In this document: one piece after another, positions 40,065 to 55,105 of the stretch | Layout of the letters: each line of letters opens with the position of its first letter | Numbering within the stretch: position 1 is the stretch's first letter | DNA from: the human T2T-CHM13v2.0 reference genome, Homo sapiens | Direction: 5' to 3' (one strand) | Length of the DNA stretch: 64,000 bases | Assembly: GCF_009914755.1 (NCBI RefSeq) | Contig: NC_060925.1 | Program-made: the position numbers and the translations under genes | The notes under the pieces: model-generated | Seen by the model: the letters and a program-made list of their open reading frames with translations, nothing else | Databases searched by the model: none | What the model was told of the DNA's origin: nothing

Positions 40065-41082
40065 CTCAATTAGGCGGAAATTGCTGGCGCTCCTGTTCTG
40101 CTTCTCCATGCTCATCCTCCTGAGCACTTTGCACCTTGATGGCGATGTGCGGTTGGTACACAATGTGTGTGAAAGGCGCTGGCATAAAAGTGGTTTTATG
40201 GCTGTAGCTTGGGTTAGTAAGCAGAGCAAACAGAAAAAAAACTCAGGAATAAAAGGGGCAATAAAATAATTACATAACGCTTTGAACTCACACTAAATAC
40301 CACCTTTATTTCAAAGCTCTCAATGTGTTTTACAGGCAAGTTTAGAACTGTAGTCGAATCCCCTTTTATCACAGAGGAAACTGAGTCACTGTGCAGCGAG
40401 GGCTGGAGGGCATACAGGGTTTGTTACAAGGGAGGACTCTCGGAGACACCCCCAATAGAAGCCCTTCAGGGAGCGGGCCAGCGGGAGAGCACCCCCGACC
40501 ACACCTTTGTTCTGCATTTATATGTACAGATTCTTATCCCTACGTATAAATTCTACCCACACATCCCGAGCCATGTCTGAGCCCCTTGACTCTGGCATTA
40601 ACAATAGGAATAACAACACTTACCAGTTTTGATGCCTACCATACATCAGGCACTGCTTCCCCTACACCTCACTACCATCTGTGAGGTTGCTGTTATTATC
40701 CTCATTGTGTAAATGGAGACAATAAGAGGTTCAATGCTCTGGCCAGGTGACACCCCACACCCTCCAGCCCCAAACACACACACACATACCAGAGGTGGCC
40801 TCAGAGCACACACTTTCCTTACCACGGACACCTGCTTCCAAAATTAAAGAACCAGATTAACATTTTTCCAAAGAAGCCAGAAACTTCTATTTATCCCTCC
40901 AGTCTTCATTTCAGAATACGGAGAAGACCAGGACAGATTCTGACAGGCTTCCCTTAGAGTTGAAGAAAACAGTTTGGAAGACAAACAGCTAAAAAAAACA
41001 AAACCATGAGGTGAGCTGGACAGGCATTCTAAGATCTTAACTGTAAAGAGCTCCATAAAAGTTATAAGAGATTGTTAAATAA

Positions 41083-41398
<316 letters not shown>

Positions 41399-41432
41399 GA
41401 AGAATTTTAAAGTATTTATTGTTCTTAGATTT

Positions 41433-41463
41433 TGTGTGTGTGTGTGTGTGTGTGTATGTGTGT
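41433..41463. repeat. (TG)n microsatellite
   Basis: Seen directly. Confidence 0.95.
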
Positions 41464-41660
41464 TTACTATTCAAAATTTGAAAACCGTCCCATTGAATGT
41501 ATTTTAATTGTCTAATATGGGAACAACTCAAGAGTGACAAGATTACATGTCACTGACACAAGAACTACCCACTGTGGATTCTGCGGGACTCAATCACTCC
41601 TTCTAGGGCATGGCCACAGACCCCCCTAGCTCCAAGGGAACTCTGGCTAGCTACTCATCA

Positions 41661-42149
<489 letters not shown>

Positions 42150-42255
42150 CTAGAAAACATACATCAAGGACGACAGAGCCTTCATCTGCCTGGAACATGA
42201 GGGGCTGGTTGGAACAGGACCCCTTTCCCATTCCCTGCTGCTGATTAAATGTGAC

Positions 42256-42418
42256 TGATTTGGTGTTGAGAGCCATCCTAACTAATAGGTCCAACATGTG
42301 CAAGCTAATCCAATTCATGGGGTAGAACCTGATCATTTGATTGCTTAAAAAAAAAAAAAACTAACCACAGAACAGTTTCAATGACAGTTATAACATGTTA
42401 TAAAATGTTATAATAGCC
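42256..42418 (+). repeat. Copy B of a diverged direct duplication
   Basis: See copy A; carries an added gttataa(c/a)at tandem near its 3' end. Confidence 0.9.
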
Positions 42419-45218
42419 AGCATTCCCTTCACTAACAGAGTAATTTAGAGATAAGAATCTACCCTCTCCAGGAAGGTGAAAAGTTTCATGATCTTCTCCC
42501 CCCATTGCACAGTAGAAAGAAGCCAGAGGTGCAGAGATACTCTGTCATTTTCTTTGTTGAATTGGTGGACTGTGATAAAACTCAGCTTCTTCAGTACCCT
42601 TTCTGGAGGCTCTAGGCTGAGGATGACAAATTGGTTTTGTCTTGAAGCCACCTGCAAATGATTGCTAGTCACTGCCTGCACTGAGACGGATTCTGAGGCC
42701 AAGTCGAGGCTTAGCAGGAAAGAATACTGTGACCTACACGCCTTCTCAGCCAAACGCACAGAACAGGAATGGCCACATATGTGCTCGTGTCAGCCAGTGT
42801 TCCTGGGGGCTTGTCCACGGGCAGATTCCTTCATAATCCCTTGGGATGCTTGCAATAATTCCATCTCCGAGCCCTCACCCTCACCCTCTCAAGGTTTACT
42901 GAATTAAAATCTTTGGGCGTGGACCCTGGAAATCTGCAGTTGTCTCGACTTTTTGTGGAATTTTGATGTAGAGTCAGCTTTGGAAACCACCCAGGAGCCT
43001 GTAGGCTCCTGCACGGGCACTGCAGCAAGGTAGCAGCAAAGGTGGGCTGTCTTCACCACCAAGACCGGGTAAATTAGGGATAATAATAACACCTGCCTCA
43101 TAAGGATGGTGGAAAAATTAAAGGAGATTTTACATAATAAGCACTCAACAAATATTAGCTTTTATTATGTTATCTTCTTCTAAGAGTCTGTAAGAGGCCT
43201 TTTGCCCACGGCCATGAGCACAGGTAAAAACACCGTTTTCTAAGATTTCCAGATGGACAGCACCATCACATGCCCACATAGCGTGGATACAGCAACATCC
43301 AGGGCTCGGGCGCGGGCATAGTGTTTGCTCCCTATTTACGGCTGTAAGCAGCCTCACCTCAGCTTCACATCCAAGCTGGCTAAGAACCCTGGACAAAGAG
43401 AATCTGTTGAGAGGAGCTTAGAGGAAGACAGGAGGTGAGTACACAGAGATGCTGACTTAGTCAAGACCATCATGGTTACAGTGCCGGGCAGTGCTGCTGG
43501 TCATGGTGACAGTGGTACAGGTGGTCTCAATGTGATGTGATAGTGGCTTGCCAACCGATATTGTTGATGTGGGTTCAGGGCTGCAGGAGAACAATGAGCT
43601 AGACCCTCCTCTAGCCTCACATCCTAAACTTTACTGCCTTTCTTTCTTACGGCATTTTCACCATCTCTGTTTATCAATGGTCACACCCTAGCTCTGGGTG
43701 CTCATCTCTCAATAATATGATGAGAGAGGATGGAAAAGGAAAATCTCTCTCATTTTCCAACTCATACCCATGAAGATACAAATAAACAAAACTCCTGACT
43801 CTTGTGAATGTCACCAAGAAAAAAATTAGTTGGAAGACTAGCCAGTAACTCACAAGTCAACCCAGAAGTTTCTGGACATGAACAGGAAGCAAAGCATACC
43901 AGGGGTTGGCAGCTTTCACCACAGCTGAGCTCTTGCACTGTCCAATCTGATGATGAAGTGCTTCCCTGAGACCCTGGCCATCCTGCCAGCCCCATGGCAC
44001 CACTGCTAACAGGTGCAGGATGCTGGGACCTCCACCGCCCACCTTCTGCTCAAGTCTCCAGTGTCCCTGGGCTGATTCTCCTCACTCACTGCTCACTTGG
44101 TCCAGCTGGCCAAGCTTGGATCCTGTGTCCACACCCCACTGCCAGGGGTCTAGGAGAGCTAGTAGCCAGCCTTTCCTGTTTCCCTGGTGGATGGCAGAGT
44201 CCCAACATAAGAAGTGGGTTCAAATGCAAGGCAGCCAAAAAACCAGGAAATATTTAGTTCACTCACCTAATCCTGGTTATTTTCAGCTGATCAACAAACA
44301 GAAAAGCAGAAAACCCCAAATTTGACTGCTCTATCTGCTTATCCTTCTGTGAGCCCTTCTAAGCAAGCTTTGGAGAAGAGCCCCACATGCAGCTGTGGGG
44401 TTTAATTAAATCCTGTTCAGGAGGAAAAGATAGAGGTGGTTGTCAGGCATGTGGCTCAGTTGACTATTCAGAGTTGGAGTCTTTGCTTTTGGGCGGTGAG
44501 GTCTCAGGAGCCAGGGGACCTCGGCCAGTCCCAGTGAACTGAATGAAGGGTCGCTAGCAGAAGCAAGAGGCGCCATGGGGCCCCAAGAAGATCAGGAGCC
44601 TGGACGTGCCTAGTTCCAGCATATTCTGTGGAGCCGTTCACCAGCCAAGGAGCCGGGAAGTCTGGGTTCCAGCCCAGCCCTGCCTTTGCTCCTGGCATAA
44701 CTTTGAGCTGATCTTTCAACTTTTGTGACTCAGTTTACTCACTTGCCAAATGGAGATAATCATATGGCACTCAAAAGACTTTTGTAAGACTCTAATGAGT
44801 GTTTATAAAGCACTTTGGAGAGGTTTATAGTTATTTGAGCTGGGAAAGGAATTACAAATTATTCAGAAGTAAACAGTATTTAGAATCTGAATTTTTCAGC
44901 CACCAACAGGTTTTCCTAGATGTTTACAAGACTGTCATAACAGGACACCCTGGGGTTCCATCCATGCCAGTTGGTTTCATTCAGAGCAGCCCTCCTCCCT
45001 GAAAAGCGTGGCACAGGCTTGGGGAGGATCATGCAACCACGTATGGCACATTTTGCAGCTCTCAAGACAAGAGAATGACTGGATTTAGAAATGGAAGCCA
45101 CATGCTCAAGACTTTCATTTTCTTTTCTCTTTTTTTCCTTTCTTCATTTTAATTTTACTTTTAGAAACTGGGGATAGCATCAGAGCAAGTCTCCATAGAC
45201 CTGCTTTGAAAGCCAGAT

Positions 45219-45400
45219 AGCCTGGCATGGTTGCATGCACGTATAAGCTCAGCTACCCTAGAGACTGACGTGGGACGATCAGTTGAGCCGGGAGGTCAAG
45301 GCTGCAGTGAGCTAGGATGGCGCCACTGCTCTCCAGCCTGGGCAACAGAGCAGGAAGACCCTGTCTCAAATAAATGAATAAATGAATGAGTAATAAATAA
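45219..45400 (+). mobile_element. FRAM/AluJ right monomer
   Basis: gaggtcaaggctgcagtgagct...ccagcctgggcaacagagc...ctgtctc plus (AATA/AATG)n tail. Confidence 0.85.
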
Positions 45401-47218
45401 ATGCTAGATAAACCTGATTTCTCCCCAACAATAACACCTCTTCCCAAATTGAATGTCTGCTATCCCTACCTCCATGAGAATTTGCGCGGCATGTGACAGT
45501 AACAGATACCCATTCACAAAGAAACACATTTCATTCCCACAGGAGTTTGGAATTTTAAAACATAGAGTACTTGTGTGTAAGGAGAAAAATAATAACATCT
45601 GCTGAGTCTCCATGTGGAGTGTTGTCCTCCACGCTTCCACTTGCCTTTTCTCTCCCTTGTTTGCACAGTAACACTGTGAGGGTCGCTAGATGTTCCCATC
45701 TCCAGTTTACAGAGGGGACACTAAACCTAACAGCAGGAAGCTGCCCAATGGCAAAGGCATGTACCCGGTCAGTGTGCGGCGGAGCATACGTGCATGCCTG
45801 GGCATACCCTCTTCTGCTTCCGTGTTGTTGGTGCTGCTGCACCATCAGCAGCTGTACCTAGTTACTAAACACGCGAGTGCTGTACAGGTATCCCAAACTC
45901 TGCCATAATCCCTTGCCCAACCGCCAGGACCCTGAGCCACCAAGCACAATGAAATAGGTAGGATGTGGAGGGCAAGAGAGAAAGAAGGAGTTCGACGTGA
46001 AAGTTGGTGGTCTCTGGCTGGCTGTCCTTGGGTTGGCCAGAGGAGAGGGAGGGGCAGCAGGAAAACAAGGGCTCCCTGAACTTTTAATTTTGGTAGAAGA
46101 GCTCAACTCAGTTCTTGTTTTACCCTCTGTCTCAAAGACCAGCCTGATCCTGCAGAACCATTTGCTGTTGGATTCCCCAGTGAACACCAGCCATGAAACC
46201 AGAGCATCTGAGTTTCCTCCTAAATCATTTCCATGAAGAGGGGTGGCCTTCCCACTCCCGATCCACACTCAGAAGAATTGATAGGAAAAAGGGACCCATT
46301 TTCTCTGGAGATAGCCTCCCTGTCGTCAAATCATTTTCACGTCTATGATTCCATCTCAGCCTGAAAGAGCAGGAAGTCTTTGAAAAGAGAGAGGGGACAT
46401 CATCAGAAGGAACCAGGTTCAGAGAGTTTCCCACAAACCACTCAGCCTGGCCCTCAACACCTACCCCAAGATGGCAACAAATCTCCATGCCTGCCATAGG
46501 TTGGCCATTCAAATTCACTCAACAAACCTGTCCTTGGAATCCCTACCATAGACTCGCTGGGAGGTTTACAGCAAGATGTGAAGGAATTGTCCCTGGCCTC
46601 CCACAGATTATAATCTAGAGAGGTAACAGAAAAACGGTATTGATTCCAGAAAACTGCATTCAAGGAGATGAATAAAGGACAATGGAAGAAAGTCAACTCT
46701 TCACTAATCAAACAACCATAGGTTTTCAGCTCCAGGTGCTGGTTCTTCCATCTCTGCCTGGGATGTCTTCCTGCTCCAGGTCGCTTTGTTTTAAGTCTTC
46801 CACACCCTCCTGGTGTATCACAGACGATACCTCCTGCAGGAAGCCTTGCTTGATGCCTCCATTATCTCTCTTTCTCTCTCTCTCTCTATCCTTTGAACTC
46901 CATGGTTCTTAGCTAGTATCTCCCTGATGACACCTTGTATTTTCCATCCACATAATTTCCACATCTGTCTTAATGCCCACGTGGCTCTGTACCCCGCCTA
47001 AGGGCGGGACTACATCCTGTACATGATAGGTGCTCAATCAATATTTGTGGGATTTCATTAAATCCTGTTGAAAATCTTACCAAGTAAAATAATGAGGACC
47101 TGTAGTTATATTTGCTGGATTTAAAAGAGTCCTATAATAGTGTATAGTTAACTTTAAAAAGCAGATTATAAAATAGAATATATAGGACAACTCTGATTAT
47201 GTGACTATAGATGCATCT

Positions 47219-47720
47219 TGTTGCAATCAGGGTCCTGGCTAAAAGCAGACTGTATCAAATAGGGTCCATAGGAAGAAGCTTTAGTGAAGGGACCCCTTCA
47301 AGAGCTGTGTGCAGAGTGAAGTGAACAGACAGGAAGGTGACACCCAGGCTAGCAAGGCGGGGCTCCCAGGACCCCATACCCATGAAGAACAAAGCAGGTG
47401 GAGAGAGTTTCTGGGGCCTGGCTAGGACTGGAACCATGCAGGGTGGGGGGCGGTGGTGGAAACTGAAGCCAGGAAGGACAAGCAGCCTCAGAGATGAGCA
47501 CGGACAGAGAGACAAGCGCAGACACAGAGACGAACGTGGACACAGGGAGCGGCTGTCTCAGGATTTCTCTCTCTGCCCACAGGCTTGACTCCTGCAGGTG
47601 CCTCTCATCAGCTGAACTCACAGGAAGCCAGGGGCCAAAGGAACCTGGGTAATTCCCCGAGGGGGTCAGCCTCCCAGGCACAGCGGAAGGCAAAGGATGG
47701 CTCCATGGCGAGGGCAATGG
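47219..47720 (-). mobile_element. Old ERVL-class LTR (LTR33/40/41-like)
   Basis: tcagggtcctggctaaaagcaga...tttagtgaagggac...gtcagcctcccaggcacag. Confidence 0.5.
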
Positions 47721-48120
47721 ATACTTACACATAACACACTCAGGAGAACCAGGAGGGCGTGCTCCAGAGGTGCACGGAGACGCGATTAGGAGGGACAGCC
47801 AGCTTTTTCCTTATCTTTTTCATTTTGTTTTGTTTTTAGAACAAGCATATATTGTTTCTATAATCAAGGGGAAAAATGGGTTTTCCATTCAACACTCTGA
47901 CCTAGAAATTCATGCAGGAGAAAAAATAAAAAGGCATATTGAATAGTGATCTGTACTTTTTAAATCTCCTTCAAACATTTTCATCTCTACTTTGTAAAAT
48001 TAAAGACACACCTAACTATTCATGTATTCATCCAGTCAGTGACTTATTTGTTCAACAAATATTTTTCAATACATTCTATGCTGGATCTTGGAGATAAGGC
48101 TGTTAACAAGGCAGATGTAG

Positions 48121-48399
48121 GGCCAGGTGTGGTGGCTCATGCCTACAATCCCAGCACTTACGGCCACCGAGGTGGGCAGATCACCTGAGGCCAGGAGTTC
48201 AAGACCAGCATGGGCAACATAGCAAGACCCAGTTTTTTCAAAAAATAAAAAAAGTTAGCCAGGTTTCAGCTATTCAGGAGACTGAGGTGGGAGGATCAAT
48301 TGAGCCTGGGAAGTCAGGGCTGCAGTGAGCTATGATCGCATCACTGCACTCCAGCCTGGGGAACGGAGCAAAACACTGCCCCGCCCCCCCCAAAAAAAA
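48121..48399 (+). mobile_element. AluJ with a small right-arm deletion
   Basis: gggcaacatagcaagacc; gggaggatcaattgagcctggg; gctatgatcgca. Confidence 0.92.
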
Positions 48400-50298
48400 G
48401 CAGGCATAGTCCTGGACCCACAAAGCCCAAAATCTGGCAGAGAAAATGGGCAGGGGACCATAAACCACAAGACAGAGAGGAAGGGTCCCAGGTGACAGGT
48501 GAGAGGTGGTGTGAAGCAGGCATGGTGCCCCAGTATGCACCTAGATTGAACTCTTCACTCGCCCAAAGAAGGGACGTGGGAGGCTGCTTCCCAGAATCAC
48601 ACAAGGCAATATCACTCTTTTTCCATGAAAGACTAGGGCCATAAAATAAGTCCGCACCTTCATTTCTATTGGGCTACCCTTCCAAACTCAGACTAGGTCT
48701 ATGCAACATGAAGTGGATTCAGATTTTTTAAAAACCATTTTAAAAATTAACAAACTAAGTGAGTATTTCATTAACACGATACCACACCGTGGAGCTTACT
48801 AAATGAGTGGCTGCTTCCAAGTCCCTCCAGAGAGACGCCCATCCCCATTTCTACTGTCCCCTTGCTCTGCACAAGCCCTGGATGCAGCCTCAGCTTTCCT
48901 TGGCTTTCCTCTTTAGTAGCAGCACCTGTATTCTCATATTTGTGAATCCTTTTGAAACCCCCAAAATATGGCAGACTGTCATGTGATAGTGGTTGTATGT
49001 TTAATATTTCTTGATTAAGAAAATACATGACAAAAGTCTATAATGAATTTAGCCATGCTTTTGAATAAACATGCATTTTATTAATTATAGCCATCTACAT
49101 AGATTCAACAAATAACAGCTCACATGGCTGGGAAGTGCTGCTTATTCAGTCCACACAGGCAATGCTTGCAGGGCACATGCATTCTCAGGCCTCTTGCAAT
49201 AACTCTGGCTACCCTTCTACCCCAGGGATCTAAGGCTCCCAGGTCAGAAACTTGAGAATGAGTGATTTACCATCACAGGTTAAACCAGCTCCACTCCAGT
49301 CACTCAGACCGAGTGCTTCAGAACTTTCCCCAAAGTGGAAGAGGAACCTGCAAATCCAATCGAGACAGACTTCAAAAATTGCAACCATCAGAGTTGTAGG
49401 GAAATACGGGGAAAGGCTGGGTTCGAGCCTCAGATCTGCTCCACACTGTGCAACTGCTCTCTCAAAGCTTTGGTTTCTGTTTCTACAAAATATATCAATA
49501 TCATCATCATCTCTATCCAGGGAGCCCATTTAAAAATCAGGTGCAGCTGCTTCGGTGAGTGATGGGATTAAGGATGATTGCTGTTTTTCTTCTTTAATTC
49601 TATTAATTTTCCACGTTTCCTACTATTATTTTGTGCTGCTTTTATACTCAGAAAATGTGCGCTTTATTTCAATGCTTTGTAAACTACAAAGTGCATTACA
49701 TGTGACTGTGTCCTTATCTGTGCGATGAGGGTGGAAATAGCCCTGAACTTGGGCTGCTGTAGGAATTTGTAAGTTGTCATATTCTTATTGAGCACCTACT
49801 GTTGAGTTAAGATGAAATGAATTAATACATGGAGAGCACGTAACATAGTGCCTGGCACATAGAAAACATCGTAATTGTATTTATCTGTTTGTTGATTGAT
49901 CATTACTGCTACAGATACAGGAGGTGCACAGAGAGAGTGTTCAAGGACCAAGCCTATTCTCTGAACTTTGTTTTGACAGCTCCCATGGGCACATTGGGGA
50001 CAGTTCAGTCTACCTCTCCTGACCACAGGAAAAGTAGATCAAGGTCAGGCCCCTAACACCACCGTAATCAGGATGTTGACTGGTCAGGGGCTATAAAGCA
50101 GCATGGCTCTGGGGTAGCGTCTTTAGATCTGAATAACTATTTTCAGAGACAGGGTGCTGTTTTAGTTCTGCTGGTCTCTACCCAAACAAAGCTTGCCATA
50201 TGGACCTACTAAGAGTGGACACAGCTCTTGATGTGAAGTCATGGTCAAGCAGTTTTCCCTTTGCATGCAAAGAGGGGAATGAACTAACATTTACTGGT

Positions 50299-50674
50299 TG
50301 TCTTAGTCCATTTGGGCTGAGATAACAAAATACCATAGACTGTATCTTATAAATAACAGACATTTGTTTTTTACAGCTCTGGAAGCTTCTAGCTTATAAA
50401 TAACAAATCTTTCCCACAGTTCTGGAGACCAGAAGTCTGAGATGAGGGTGCCAGTATGGTCGGGTTCTGGAGTGGCCTCTTCCAGACAGCCTGCTTCCTG
50501 CTTCGTCCTCACTAGCCCCTTACTTATGAGGGCACTAATCACCTCCGTGAGGGCTCCACCCTCATGATCTCATCACCTCCCAAAGACTTCACTTCCTAAT
50601 ACCAACCATCACATCAGGGTTAGCTTTCAACATGGGAATTTTGGAGAGGAGACACAGACATTCAGACCACAGCA
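50299..50674 (-). mobile_element. MLT1A/MST-group MaLR solo LTR with an internal ~48-bp duplication
   Basis: tgtcttagtccatttgggctg...acattcagaccacagca; cttataaataaca..ctgga occurs twice. Confidence 0.85.
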
Positions 50675-50689
50675 CCTGGGAATATTTTA

Positions 50690-50900
50690 GCATTCTGATA
50701 ATACTCCAGCCATTGTGCAAAGCGCATTTTCATACTTTATCTCATTTTGGCTGACAACAACAAATGAGACAGGCATGATCATGTCCCAGTCTTCAGATGA
50801 AGAAACTGAGGCTCAAGTAAATGTAAGAAATTTACCTAATGTCAAACAGCTAATAAGAGGTCAAGCTGGGATTCTGACCTCAGTCTAGTTGACTCAGACT
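50690..50900 (-). mobile_element. MIR
   Basis: cagatgaagaaactgaggctc...ttacctaatgtcaaacagcta. Confidence 0.8.
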
Positions 50901-51054
50901 TCTGCAAGCCTCTCTTCCTAATTTCTACCTACTCAGAAACTTCTAGAAGCAATTTTGAATGCTGATCCTAATCTGCAAAGCCCATTTCAGTCTTCCAAGT
51001 GCAGAGTCCACAAACCCAGAAGCCTTTGGCCCTTTGCTCACTTACCCTTAGGCT

Positions 51055-51199
51055 TTTTCTTCTTCTTCTTCTTTTTTAATAACACAGATGGGGTCTTGCT
51101 ATGTTGCCTAGGCTAGTCTCAAACTCCTGGGCTCGAGGGATCCTCACACCTCAGCCTCTCAAAACACTGGGATTACATGTGTGAGCCACCAAACCAGGT
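51055..51199 (-). mobile_element. FLAM_C-like Alu monomer
   Basis: gggtcttgctatgttgcctaggctagtctcaaactcctgggctc...gtgagccacc. Confidence 0.85.
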
Positions 51200-51518
51200 C
51201 TCTTTTTTTTTTTTTTTTTTTCTTGACAAGGTCTTGCTTTGTCTCCCTGGCTGGAGTGCAGTGGCCTAAAAACAGCTCCAAACCCCCAGGAGGCAGCAGC
51301 CTCAAACCCCCAGGCTCAAGCAATCCTCCCACTTCAGCCTCCCAAGTAGCTGGGACTAAAGGCACATGCCACCATGCCTGGCTTATGTTTGTACTTGTTA
51401 TAGAAACAGGGTTGCACCATGTTGCCCAGGCTGATCTCGAATGTCTGAGCTCACACGATCCACCTGCCTCAGCCTTCCAAAGTGCTGGAATTACAGGTGG
51501 GAGCCACCGCTCCTGGCT
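51200..51518 (-). mobile_element. AluJ
   Basis: Reverse dimer, caagcaatcctcccacttcagcc; internal caaacccccagg duplication. Confidence 0.9.
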
Positions 51519-54500
51519 ATTTTCAGCTTTTTTATCCCACAAATGGTAAAGAAAAATGGCCAACCATGTCTTGAGGTTCATCTGGGGGCTCTGAGATCCT
51601 TGGTCAGAGTAAGACATTCTTTAATCAAAGTTTGACGTGTATGGGATTGGGGTACCATTGAATTCTCTGTAGTTAAGGGACCTGATTCCAACAGCAGGTT
51701 GAAGGAAGGATAGGTGTGGAAGAAAGGTCTTTTCAAATAGAGGGACATCGTCGTTCACTTCAAATAAATGGAAGCCAATAGTGAGCTGTAAAATAAATTA
51801 AGGATAAATGGTAGGAATTGAGCCTATCATTAAGTATTTATAAATCAATAATTAAAGCCCATCCTCACTATCTCCTACCCATTTTCTCTTAACTAGTATT
51901 GTCTTAGGTCTACTAAGGTCAATGATAATTCTCAAGCCAGTAAGCTCTCAAAATCAGGTGCTAGAAAAATAATAAGCTCTTTTATCTTCAAAGATTAGAA
52001 ACCCTTAACTAGACCAAACCACAGAACATTAGCCGAGTAAGCATCATCCTTTAGAGATGATGAAAGTGGGTCCCCAGGGTGGCCAAGTGGCTTGCCTGAA
52101 GTCTTATTGTAGGACTACTTTAGAGATGCTAGTGCCTGGACTGACTTAAGGTAAGCAAACACAATATCCTGATGACCATGAGTCCAAAAGTCACTTGACA
52201 CTTAACTGCTGGGGACACCAATAATCTAATTCAGGGAGAATGAAAATAGCCATTCACTTCTTGGTAGAGCCTGGCATTTCCTTTGGAAAAAGACTCTATA
52301 ATGATGAAGACCAACATAAGTGGGCTTGGAAGCCATGATCAAGAAGCAGGGAGATGGCTGGAAATTCCACCTGCATCTCCGCCACCCCTGAAGAGGGCAG
52401 CCAGGCTGAACTGTCCCACAGACCAGGACAACCCCAGACTGCACTGCCCATTTGTCTTTTCATCTCCAATACAGCAAGACACATTACTACCGTGCTTTGT
52501 GCAATCGGTCAGTTTGGAGTTGTTGTAAGAGATAAAGTGAATTGTGAGACCGCAGAGTTTTGGCCCTTTCTGAAGGATATCCCAGAACATATTTGGGCTA
52601 CCTGAGTTCTTAACTCCAAAAGGTTGAAATTACCTGAGTTCAATATCGTTGTTGAACAGCATACATGGACATAATAGAAGTAACTGTCCGTCATCTACAA
52701 CCATGCATAGGAGCTCAAATAACCCAGTACTGTTTAGTGACAGTAAAATTTTTCTCACCTGAAAATGAAGTTGCAATAATTTATACAGAAGCTATGGCTT
52801 TCAAATTATATTTTTATCTAGAGAAACACAGAAATTGTTTCCTGGTACAAAAAGGCTGATGTGGAAAGGAGTTGATCACATGCATTCTGGGTGGCAGTGA
52901 GACTTTTGCTCCAGAGGAAAAACTGGCTTCCTGGAAAATGCACCAAGTTGGAGAATGTGGATCAATCCCAGCTGTATTCCTGGCAAGATTTAGATCTACC
53001 CAAACAGATTTAACATACTCGCCAGAGTCCGGAGTCCACCAACTCATCAGAAAATGGACAGATGTTCATTTGGAGCCTCAACATCGGGAAAATGCTGTCT
53101 TCTCTTCCTATCACTCCATTTGGTTCTCTGTATTACTCAAGTGAGTAAATGCCCAGCCTGACCCAGCCACTTCCTCTGCAGTATAAGGAGGGCAACAATT
53201 CTTTGTCAACAGCATCTGTGGCTCTCTGAGGTCTGGATGGACAGTGGCTTGCATTGTTGTGTATGTAAATGCATGTTCCCATTATTTTACACAATACTAA
53301 CCCACCACCACCACTCCCTGCAGTGCTTGGTAGCGCTAAACGAGCTGGCCTGAGATTTCACATAGGGCAAAAGGGGAAATCGAGAGCATCTTAAGGGAAA
53401 GTCCAGTGAACGTAAAATAAAAGTTCCTTCAGGGCCCCCAGACACATGGCAATACTTCAAGGTGTGGCCAAGAAAGGAGAGGGTGTATTTGGATAGACCA
53501 CCAGAATAACAGCACTTGTGAGTATGTTGATACGTGATGGAGATGTTGCTAAATGTCACTCAGTAATATAGCCCTTGCCTCCATCCACAAAAATAATAAA
53601 TATCAGCATCTCTCGATGCTGAACGCAGAGCCACCAAGATCTCCAAATTCCTACTATAACTGCCAAGGACACTGAGTGTGCGTCCAAGTACTTCAGTGAA
53701 TCCATCTTGAATAATCTGTCCTCTGACGTCCAAGCCAAAAAGAAAACCTGTTCCCAGACCTAGCAGGGGTTTTAGAAACTAGGTAACTACTCACCAAGGA
53801 GACATTGAGTACATTTGCCTGCCTGTGAAATAATTGTGATAGAAAGGAATCAATTATGGACCCATCTGCAGTTCATTAATATGATCTGTTGAAAAGGAGG
53901 CCAAATTCACCAAGTCAACCCGAAAGTCTAAAAATAGGACTAATGCGAGCCTGGCTCAGCAATAAAAAGATCCCTGCATCTGCTGGTGTAGGAGCCCCTG
54001 GGCCCTTCCTCACTCTTTACTACTTATCCTCAGTGGTAATTGGGAATGAAGGCATTTATTTTCTTTCCAGAAAAAGAGAAAAACACTCCGTGAAGATTAT
54101 TGTGGCCAAAAATACCATCCTGTGCTGGTGAAGGAGAAAAAAATCAGAGATTGCTCTCTCATAGCACAAATCCTGGGTGTTTTAAAGATTTCTAAAGGGT
54201 CTCCTGTTAAATGGTTCAAAGGGATACATCTTCCTTGAAGGTAGTAGGGTGGCAATTCCCAAAGTATGATATGGGCAAGGATTTTAAGAGGCACATAGAT
54301 GAATAAATTTTTGGTAATAGCTGTATTTATGGTAATGTGTATTATGCATTAAGAAAATCGTAGCTAGCGTAGCCAACCTGTGACTCCAAGTTGCTTAGAA
54401 TTAGGATATATCTAAAATATGTTATAAGTTTATAAGTGGAATTGTGCAAGAGTATAAGTACTAAATAAAAGTGATGAAAGTGGCATGCAAAGATGCAAAA

Positions 54501-54807
54501 TGAAATCAGAAGATAGCACATGAATTGCTAAAAGTTGGGAGATACTACTCTTAGGGATGAAGCCAGATGGGTTCCCATGGCTTGGGCCAGTGATGTGGTA
54601 CACAAAATCATTTCCACAGCCCCAGTAGACTTACTGACAGTCTGGGACCTCAGCAATGTTGCAAGATCTACCTGGTTTCTTACCACATTAAGAAGTCTTA
54701 ACCCAAATGGGGTGGTCCAATGGTAGTGGGTTATCAGAACTTATTAAGATTAGTGTCACTAAAGTTGGTGTTCAACCCCCAACTCAGCCACTGCTACATT
54801 TGACTGG

Positions 54808-55105
54808 GAAGAAGAAGAAGAAGAAGAAGAAGAAGAAGAATAAGAAGAAGAAGAAGGAGGAGGAGGAGGAGGAGGAGGAGGAGGAGGAGGAGGAGGAGAA
54901 GGAGAAGGAGAAGAAGAAGGAGGAGGAGGAGGAGGAGGAGGGGGGCGGGGTAGGAGAGGAGGGGGAGGGGGAGGGGAGGGGAATGGGAGGGGGAGGGGAG
55001 GGGAGGGGGAGAGAAAGGGGAGGGAAGGAGAGGGGAGAGGAGGGGAGGGGAGGGGAGGGAAGAGGCAGGGGGAGGGGAAAGAAGAAGGAAGAAGGAAGAA
55101 GAAGA
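54808..55105. repeat. Compound polypurine repeat: (GAA)11 / (AAG)5 / (GAG)14 / G-rich / GAA
   Basis: Seen directly; ~300 bp almost purely purine. Confidence 0.97.

Noticed and set aside
40382-40388. Isolated AP-1 heptamers (several in the window)
   Set aside because: Frequency is consistent with chance in 64 kb.
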